Assembly: GCA_964016885.1 (NCBI GenBank)
Contig: OZ024740.1
Location: 328,972,001-329,036,000 of the forward strand
DNA: 64,000 nucleotides
Origin: Eledone cirrhosa
Lineage: Eukaryota
Direction: 5' to 3'
Shown: positions 53,218-64,000 of the stretch, piece after piece
Numbering within the stretch: position 1 is the stretch's first letter
Layout of the letters: every line of letters begins with the position of its first letter
Notes under the pieces: generated by a model
What the model was told of the DNA's origin: nothing
What the model saw: only the letters and a program-made list of their open reading frames with translations
Databases searched by the model: none
Translations under genes and position numbers: made by a program

Positions 53218-55386
53218 GTACTGACTTGTCCCGGTTCAGTTTAGCCCCTGTAAACGTTTCGTATTCCTCCAGTAAGGTGCCGATCGCTCCGATTTCCGAG
53301 GCGGTTGACACATTACTGTTACGTCATCGGCGTAGGCCGACACCGCTTTCCGCAATCTTGGTTCCAAAGGGATGCCCTGAACAACTCCAACTTCCGCAGC
53401 AGTGGCTCTAGGGCCAATACATACAGAAGGGAGGAGAGAGGGCATGCCTGTCGGATGGACCACGTGATTTCGAACGGTTCCCAGAGGTAGCCGTTCACCT
53501 TAATCCTAGAGCAGATGCGGCTGCTGTGCATGGCAGTCATCCAGCCCCTGAAAACGGGTCCGAAACCTGCCGCCACTAGCACCGCATCCAGGTAACGATG
53601 GTCGACCCTATCGAATGCTTTAGATTGATCCAAGTTGATCAGGGCCCCACCAAAGTCAGCTTCATTCCCAACCCTCTCTATGATGTATCGCATGAGATGG
53701 AGGTTGCCGTGAATGGACCTGGACGGGATGGCGCATGTCTGCGCATCTCCCACCAGGTTGCCCACGACAAGCGCCAACCTCTTTGCTAACACGTTGGCCA
53801 AAATCTTTAACTCTGCATTTAGCAGTGTTATGGGCCTAACATTACTTATTTCATCCCCCTTGTTCTCGCCCTTCCTCACTAGCGAGACTACGCCCTTGGT
53901 CACATAACAGGGAATTCTCCCGTTCTGTTGCCAGTTGTAGTAGACCGCTTGGAGGAGATCGAAGAACAAGTCCGGCATACTTAAATACAGTTCGTATGGA
54001 AGACCATTGAGGCCCGGAGATTTGCGTCTGCAGCATTGGCTCAGCACGTCCCCTATTTCAGTAGCTGAGATCGGCCTCTCGCACGACTTCGCCTCCTCGT
54101 CCGAAAGACGCGGCAGGCCGTCGAGGTATGGACCGTGGTCCGCATCCCCATCCAGCCCTCGTCCCTTCTGAATAATCAGGCAAAGTGCCTTTGAAAGGCC
54201 TCGCACATCTGCTTAGGTACAAGGATCACCCGTCCATCCTGGTCTCGCAAAGACCGAATAGTGGATCTAGTCCCACTTTTGGCTTCTGTCACGCGGGCCC
54301 AGCTAACAGCTTTCGTCCACTCGTTTCTCAGAGCGCGTATTTTACTTCGGACAACGCAGCCTTCGTGTTTCGCGTCGAAGAACTGGCCCAAGGCCGTTCT
54401 CGACGCGGGCACTCTGGCTACGTCGCGGCTTCTAATTGCCTCTTCTACACTATCTACCAACTCCCTTTCCTTCCAATTTCTATCTGAGGCTAACTCCTTA
54501 CTAACTCCTATTGAAGCTACTCTAATCTCTCTTTTGAGAGAACCCCACCACCTGCTGTTGACGATGGCGCCCGTCAACCGCTCCTTAACTAATGTACTAA
54601 TCCGGTTCCTGTAAGCTTTACTTGCCGGTAAGGACAAGTTGAGCTTCCAGTAACCGAGTCCCTTTCTATGCGTTATATCAATGTTGACCATGGAGGTTAC
54701 TAACTTGTGGTCTGAATAGCCAACCATGAGCATTTTTGGACAACTTAAAATGTCCCTATCCTTATTTCTAACTAAGAACCTATCTAGGTACGATCTAGAT
54801 TGACCGCTATGGATTCTCCAAGTCCAGGTTGGCACAGTCGGAAAATCTAGTCGATATCTATCGGCCAGGTCGAATCGGTCGATTAAACCCTTGTGGCTGT
54901 TACAACCCCCTCTATCAGGACATGCCCCTACATAGTCCCAACGTGCATCTAGGATAACATTCCAGTCCCCCACTAAAAGCAAGGAGCGGGACGTCCTTAG
55001 AAAAGTCTCCAGACGATGGAAGAAGTCCGGCCGCGTTGACCCAAAAGAGCAGTAAACGGCGACTAGCCTAAAAGCTCCTCCTTCACCACTGCCAATGTCC
55101 AGAACCACTAGTCGACCCATCGTGTCCAAGTGTACCGTCTGTGTAGCGAGACCCAGACGTTTTTGCAGCAGAATGACAACCCACCCCAACCTCCGGGCTG
55201 ACAGAGAGATGCGTGCATCTCAAAGTCATCAAAGGTGGGGGCCAGCTGTCGCACGCAGCTGATCCGGGCCTCGGAAATAACCATCACATTTATACATCGT
55301 GACCTGAGGTCATTTAAAAGCATTGCTTGCTTCCAAGGTGAGCCCAGGCCACGCGCATTTACACAACATATTCTCAACACAACCAT
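53218..55386 (-). pseudogene. Tx1 ORF2 (endonuclease plus RT), copy B
   Basis: MVVLRICCVNARGL, GDWN, SYLDR, YSDH, YWKLN, KSPGLNGLPYE, RPITLLNAE, DQSKAFDRVDH, YADD; frameshifted. Confidence 0.93.
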
Positions 55387-55409
55387 GTTGGTGGTAAAGA
55401 GAAAAGGCA

Positions 55410-57290
55410 CTTACCCCTCTGCGTCCCGGGGACCGGGCCGCACAATTTCCATGGGGGTGGGGGATGGGTTGTTGGGTGGGGTGGTGGTTTGTGGAAGTGT
55501 AGGGGCGTCAGTGTGTGGTGGGGTTGGGGTGTTTGTAGTTGTGTGGGTGTCTGGGTAGGGAATGTTTTAGGAGGACACGGTTAATGGGTCTGACGCAGGG
55601 GGGGCCCCACGTCCTCTTTAAAAGTGTCTTTTAACGTTTTGTAAATGTCCATTGGGGCTTTTATCATTTTTAGATGGGGAAGCCCCGTTGCTTGTGCGAA
55701 ATTCGAACCTTTGGTTTTTATTAAGTTGTTATTATAAATAACGTTTAACAGTTTTTTGTTTTTTGTATTTAAGTAAGTATATGCAAATTATTCTTTTTCC
55801 GTGATGTTTTTTGTTTGCTGTTGTTGTGTGTGTTTTTTTGTGTTGATGTCTGTGTTATGTCTTGACGAGGGGTTGTTTGTATTTGTGTTCCTGTGGTGTG
55901 TTTCCTTTTTTTCTTTTAACTTTATGAAAGTGCCCCCCCCCCCCTCGTCTGACGACGAAAGGGGGTCGCCTTCCGTATTCGAGGGGAGGGGTTCATTTTC
56001 GGCTCGTGTTTGTGGTGTGGGTGTTATTGCATTTGTTTTCTGTGTGGGGGATGGGGGGGGGATTGTTTTCAATTGTATTTTAACTTGTGGTGTTAGTTGT
56101 TTTTGTGGTGGTGGTGGAGGTTGTGTTGTTAGTGTTGTAGTTGTTGGTGTGGGCAAAATCGGTGTTTTTTTGTTTGCTTGGGAACAGGCAGCCCTCAGGT
56201 AACCTCTGCCACCACAGAGGTAACAAGCGGGTCGTCTACCCTCCACTGTGATGTGTAAGTAGGCAAGCCCATCCAGCAATATGCGGTCGGGGATCCTAGC
56301 AATTCGTTCTGGCTACATTTGCACCAGAACTTGCAGGCTAGTTCCACCGAACACGTTGCTGGAAGACTTACCTACCGAAATTACTGCATCCTTTTTCAAG
56401 TCGAGGAGTCCACACAGTACGCCCAGAAATCAATATCTGGATCGATACTGTGTATGGTCAATCTTTGTGTTTTTCTTCCCAAATAAGTGGGGAAGAAGGT
56501 AAATAAGGGGGACACAATTCGGGCCAGGGAATGTTTTTCGGCCGTTAATTTACCGTAGAGTCTATCCTTCCAAATGAATACAATGTTTTTTCAGATGATT
56601 TTTTTAACGCCAGTTCAATCTCTGTCTGTGTGAGTTGTACTGGCTTAAGGGTTTGTTTGATATTGTCCTATAAATAATAGTTTTTAAACTATTTTCCTTT
56701 GTTAGCTCTGGGGGACAATTTAAAGAAAATAGACCATTCTCCTCCAAAGTTATATACTTCCGTGCATTTTCCATTTGTTGGGCCATGTTCGAAATGTCAA
56801 TAGTTTCGTACACGATAGTTTTTTTATGCTTTGCGTGAACGTCATTTTGTTCGCCCCCTCTCTCTTTACATTTGTCGAAATGTGGTTTTCTTGTTTTTTG
56901 TTGTTACAATTTTCATTTTTGTTGTGTTTGTGTTATTTATGTTGGTGTATGCGTTCACATTTATTTCCCCGTTGGGGTTAGACTCCATTTTTTCAAAATG
57001 TTCACTTATATTTTCAGTATCCAAGAGACTTGCAGTTACAGCTACTTGTTTTCTTTCAGCTTTGTTGGTGGGTGTGCCACCGTGAAAAGTCGAAACGGCA
57101 TCCATTAATTTTGGCAATTTCTCCGAGTCAATTTTTTTCACATTTTATTCATTAGGGTTAGGTTCCATTTTTTCAATGTTTCTAATAATTATTATTCTTT
57201 CAGTAGGGAGGCTTGTTGCCTCAGCTACCCGCTCTCCTTCAGTTTGTTTAGCGGGCGTGTCATCGTTACCTGTGGTAATGGCTTCCATTA
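55410..57290 (-). pseudogene. Tx1 ORF1 (gag-like nucleic-acid-binding protein), copy B, fragmented
   Basis: Upstream of ORF2 on the same strand. CYLCGGRGYLRAAC zinc knuckle followed by a Pro/Thr-rich region. The C-terminal block (KMIKAPMDIYKTLKDTF) is homologous to copy A. Confidence 0.8.
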
Positions 57291-60200
57291 CCACTAGCGT
57301 AGAGACAATTACAAGACTTTTAGGATGAAAAATTTCACCCCAAAAGGGGTGAAATAAATTAACCCTAATGTCCGAAGACCCAGGCAGGGGGGTTAATTAA
57401 CACAATAACGCAAGAATACAGACAAACACTTACTCTTAACACGTAATATCTCCAATACTTGAGGAGCCGATGTGAAGAACGTCTATGCCATCCGGAGATA
57501 GGTAGATAGATAGATAGAGAATATTTATGTTTACCACAATTAAATTGGGTTGACAAAATACATTTTTTTTGTGTTGCTACAGGATTCCTTCAATTAATAG
57601 TTATATATTCTATTGCCACTATATCAATTGCAGTGAAACTTTACGTCTATATACTTGCTTCTAAAATCAATTCTATCAACAGAAACATTTTAGTCTGGTG
57701 TATCGATTGACGAAAAATGGTATCAATTGATTGCCCACACAGATCGAAAACTCTGTCAGAGAACAAATAAGGTATGAAGAGTGTAAAAATCACTAGTTAA
57801 AACAGGACAACATTAATGCCATTGACGATCAATGACATCAGCAATGCTTGTAATGATAAACCCCATTTGGATTCAGTTTTATTAGCATTTCTACGAAAGT
57901 CTATTTGAGGTTTATCACGTGCTAAGTCCATGCATCAAAACGATATACATGTCCCTTCACAACTGTAATTTCGTTAATTGATTTGACCAGCAGTTTACAC
58001 AGGAGCGCAAGTGAATTGTTAAATTAAAGACAGTAGTAAAACATTTTGCTCATCCATGGAGAAATGACGCAATAGGTAATTTATTCAGTTACCAAGAACA
58101 GACGAAATATAGGGTTTTATATTGGTTACATTGTCAAATTGTAGAAAGACGACGGACATATAGGAATGACGCAATAATGTACCTTAAGGATTTTAAGATA
58201 TGCTTCAAATTTGTCACAATAGACGTTAAAAGAAAACCAAACGGTGTGAATTTCCTGCGAATTTATTGGAAAGGTGTAGAAGAGGAAGATCAATTTGAGT
58301 AGATGTAAAGAATCAGAAAGGGCATTAGTAAATTGATTGACTAGAGTTTGGAAGTAATTGCGACAATCAACTTAAGTTCCCTTTATTCGTCGCCGAATTA
58401 AAAAGGAGAATGGAAGATACGAACTAAGTTATGTATCTAGTGTTACAATGTATATACAAAGTAACGTAGCAGTGAAGAATGCTGTAAAATAGTTGTTCCG
58501 TAACTCCAGACTATGCTTAATAACAGAAAAACCCACCAGCCTCTATCAAGTCATTTCCTAACCAAATTAAACAACGATAATATTATGCAATGTGAACTTA
58601 TGTTCAATGTTTGTCGATGTTAATTCTAGCTGGTAGGATGACAACGTAGTGGCTTCGTTACAGGACAGTGTGTCTCAAAGTAGAGAGTTTCTAAATCCAG
58701 GAGAAATTTAAATGAAAATACTAGGAACAATAAGTAACCGTTGATGTTATGTAATAATCTTCTCGGCGTAGTTTTCCATTTCTTCTCCAGCTTGCTATTT
58801 CGTATAGTTTGTCAATGACAAATATAGCCTTTATCTACCAAACAAAGGCAACGCTTTAAAATAACATCAGTCGTTTATCTGATATGTTTTCCTTTTTTAG
58901 TTATCTGATCTCCTGCACGAGATTTATATACCTTTTAACTAGCGCAGACATGTACAATTAATAGACATGTACAATTAGTAGTATTCGTTGTCGATGCAAA
59001 TTGAATACAATGGCTAAATATGCCAATGGACATAAAACACAGTGTTGACTGAAAGTTATAAGTTTATTTTGCAGTGAATTATTTTAAACTCTTAAATAAA
59101 TCCTGAAATTCAGGGCCTGTGTATGGCTAACTGATTTTCTAATCATAGAACAAGAATGGTCTTCTGGGATGCTTCCATTATGTACCTGGCAAGATATTAA
59201 GTCATAATTCGTGCTGAAATAATCTATTAACAATTCAACTTTTCTCCCACCAAAACAAATTATTTGCTTATAATTAATATGACATGGAAAAATGTAAATT
59301 TTTAACATCACATTTTGTGGCCTGGTTCACTGCACCATTTGTATCATGGTATATCCAGCACTCAAAAAGCACTCAATCACCTCCGTTTACCTGTACGCTT
59401 AACATGTGCAAATCTTGCTGTCTGTATCAAATCACGACGTATTGTATGCTAGGTCTGATACAAAATATATTGCAGTATAATATTAAACACTTGGAACTAC
59501 AAACACATTTATTTTAACAAAGGAACCTCTACAAACTAACGACGAAACAACTACCTGATAACATCTAAGTTAAGATTATAAAATTGTACGAAAGGACATA
59601 TTGGATAATGCAATCATATTATTCTGTATATAAAACAAATACAAGATAATCAATAGTTCATAGTTTACTCAACTAAAATCTAAACAATAGCAGAAATATT
59701 TGAATTTTTTTTATATATCTTTCCACGGGTTTCATTTGTTTAAAACTAGAAGTTTTGAATATCTCATGTAAATGTCTATTCGAATAGAAAATGTCATTGA
59801 TTATGAGACAATAAGTGAGATTTATTACTTTTACAGCTTTAAATCGTGACAATGCAAGTGATAAAATATTTGTGCGCTGTTTAATCTTGTATCATGGCCA
59901 AACATAGAGAAAAACTCCAAATTTATGCTGGTGGATAATATTGAAGTTATAATAAATCAAGTGACGATTGAGATGGGGTCAAATAGATGATATGCTTCTC
60001 AGCAGTGGTATCATGGGAAGAACATAGTTGAAAAGAAAGTATTTTTTTTATTTTGTGCATGAAAATCTTATCAATTCTAAAATATACGTCGAAAACTACA
60101 GACTTTATATTATATATAGCAATTTCTATAATGAAAAGAAGCTTGGAAGATTCAAAAGAACCATGAAAGAACTTAACCGGAAATGGAAGAACATTCTTTT

Positions 60201-60784
60201 TCATTTCGTTATTAATTATTCGAAGCTCTACAATGTATTGTATACCGCTAGAAAGAGACAATATAATTATACAGTAAAACTTACAAGCAGTGTAGTTTAG
60301 AATATCTAACAATTAGATATCATGCCTTCTAGACATATACCACAAACTTATGCAGTAGAGAACTTAGAGATCATATCGGAATCATATTTTCCATCTAGTT
60401 AAGTATAATCTACAACAGGATGAATGATCACATTAAGGAATATGTATGCTCGTATTGTCTATAAGCTGCTAAAAATTGAGAGTAATGCTATTCATCGCTG
60501 GGTATTTCATATTTGAAGTGTTATCATTGAGTTATTTTGGGATAGTTGTTCGAATAAATCAATTTGCTTCAATACTGATTACAATCTAAGTACATGGAAA
60601 TGTAAGATTTAATGTTAAACGATAAAGATATATATTTTTGCCTTATTCTTTCTTGTGATGAAGAAGCAACCGTTCTAGTAAGTGCGATAAACGATTCATA
60701 CGCCATATAATCTCATAAGAACATAATATAAATATTATAGATAAGCGTTACACCACACGCGTATAGACACACACACACAAACAT

Positions 60785-60815
<31 letters not shown>

Positions 60816-61117
60816 CATACACACATATATATATATATACATACATATATATATATATAATATTTTGTAAGAAATATAGGTATATAAATTAATGAAATAA
60901 AGTTTAACATATGATCTAATGACTGTGAACCTCACGAAGAATTAAAAAAAGTATTTATTTATGTATAATGGTGCTTCATTTAAAAATCTATACTATTATA
61001 TTGTTTATGTACTCGGCTTACTGCCTTTGTCGAAAGATTTTTGTTCGTTCGTCCTGCCCGTTTCATTTTCTCCTTGTGTTACGTTTGTGCGTGTATATAT
61101 AAATATATATATATATA

Positions 61118-61678
<561 letters not shown>

Positions 61679-61854
61679 CAGTCTGAGGAGCTGAAACTGT
61701 GTAGATCACTAACCATAGGAGTATTCAATGCAAGGGGAGATGTAGGGTGGTCATAGTGATATATAAAATGCAGACCATTGTGCCAAGCGTTTTGGGGAGT
61801 TTTCACACAAGTCGTTACCGCTGCAAGGTGGTCGGGATTTTACATGTTTCCCCT

Positions 61855-61937
<83 letters not shown>

Positions 61938-63369
61938 GTATATATGTATATGTATATAATATATATATACGTATATATATTTAAATGTACATCGGTTTAG
62001 AGATACTTAATTGTATATCAATAATCATAGAGTTTTTGAAATAATCCGCGATGTTGTTCGCCAGGCAACAATAATCAAATTATTTATATATACTCACTCG
62101 ATGAGACAAACTATTTTTTCTTGGATTAGTGTGAAGTTCTTAGATATAGACGGATGACAACAATTCACGAAGAAAGCAAAAGGGATTGATTGATAAAAAT
62201 ACATAACTACCTACACCACGTGGTGGTTTCTAATGGACTACATTTTTCTATTGCAATTGCAGTCGCAAATGCAGAGTGAACTGTGATTACATAAGTGATC
62301 CTAGTTTGATCACATTTCTGTCAATAGAACTATTCCCAGATGGAGCATGCTTGTTAAAATGCCGCTCCCAGTCCATTGTATTCACCCTGTTTCGCCCAGC
62401 AGTCACTCACCTATAGAGGATGTCCCCGTAGCACTATCAAAGCGAGAACGAAAGCTCTCAACTAGTTTGTAAATAAATTCATAAACAAAGTGTGAAAAGA
62501 GTTATACTCATACTGTTTTTGAAATTAACCAGGCCGCAACATAAATCGAATGAATTACAATTAATCCCCACTCAATGAGGCAAGAGATAGTTCTTGAATC
62601 TGAGTGGATTCATTATATATATGTTATTTGAAATGTCGTCCTTACGTAAACAAACGAATGAATAGTCAAGCACATATAACTAATCGTTTTGAAAATCGGG
62701 ATGCGTACCACCGATGACGGAAAATGTAGATGGATGTGCTAAGAAAGAATAGAAGTCTGCATCTCGCAGATGCTGGCGTATTTTGTTAAATATTACCCTA
62801 ACGACTCACTGGCTATTAACTGTTTTATTTAGAAGATTTCAAGGCTATAGGCAGAATTGTTACTGGCTTAAGAACGAATTTGAAACAATGTTTGTGTCAC
62901 ACGAAAAGTCAAATCTACCGAAATGATTCCGCCGACGGGCCTCGAAATGGAAGTCAACCGTTTTGTGTCTATTTTTACTAATATATGCACCATGCTGATT
63001 TATGCAGCATATTTTGCCCCGCTATTACAAGTTTGCTGTTATAAATATATTAACATTTTGTATTTGTTTATCAATTTAGAATGCTAGTCATTGGCAATTA
63101 AAAATAATTACTGTATTCGTAACACAATGTTTGAACATGTTGACGTTTTTCATTTAAAATCATTACAGAAGAAATAAAATGGAATAAAGTGGAATGATGA
63201 ATGGAATAGCATTCTGATTTATGCTTCAGAATGAGTTAATAGGTAAATAACTAAAGAATGGATTTTCAACAATACCGATGAAAAAGTTCTTAATATTCCT
63301 ACCGACTAAAAGGCAAATTACATTTTGCTCACGAGAATATGACATGTAGTAAAATAGAATATGTATGCA

Positions 63370-63803
<434 letters not shown>

Positions 63804-64000
63804 CGCACGCATACGCGCTCACACATATATAAATATATATATACACATAATTTGTTAATGCAAAAAAGAAACCAAATAATGAAAGTTCAGAAACAAACAA
63901 AAATAATCAAAGAAAATGTTTTTGAAAGTGTGGGATTCAAAAGAATTCTGTCTTCAGAAAGGTTAGAGTATGATAAATCAACTTAAAAATAAATTCAAAA

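Larger units (their letters stand above)
52307..57495 (-). mobile_element. Tx1-clade retrotransposon, copy B, near full length with inverted 3' part
   Basis: 5' UTR, ORF1 and ORF2 on the minus strand. The 5' end abuts GATAGGTAGATAGATAGATAGA at 57497-57518. Confidence 0.88.

Noticed and set aside
57850-60400. Microsatellite-poor stretch possibly holding old LINE or transposase sequence, or host exons
   Set aside because: No recognisable motif survives. The candidate minus-strand exon near 59390-59500 has stops in all frames.

Overview
This is AT-rich, microsatellite-dense animal DNA, intergenic or intronic. The SINE content and abundant (TA)n/(CA)n tracts suggest a cephalopod or other mollusc (inference). 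No host gene is evident apart from one candidate 36-nt microexon. The window is almost entirely mobile DNA. (1) Many Penelope-like retroelement (PLE) pieces are present, most abutting (TA)n. They include a 5'-truncated Naiad-type RT plus GIY-YIG ORF (43996-45582, minus), a Neptune-type GIY-YIG remnant with inverted and tandem pseudo-LTRs (4791-7910), and several short non-coding fold-back derivatives. (2) These pieces carry type I hammerhead ribozyme (HHR) folds traced by eye in about eight unrelated sequence families. Two families show a compensatory U3-A8 core, and one element has two HHRs 436 nt apart in a retrozyme-like layout. (3) Two decayed Tx1-clade L1 elements lie head-to-tail (46490-57495), bounded by (GATA)n and carrying three internal inversions. 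(4) A complete-ended hAT/Buster element has an 8-bp TSD (20264-23131). (5) Also present are tRNA-derived SINEs, a short Helitron-like element, mariner and R4-like remnants, and three minisatellites. All calls are by eye, with no database searches or folding programs run.
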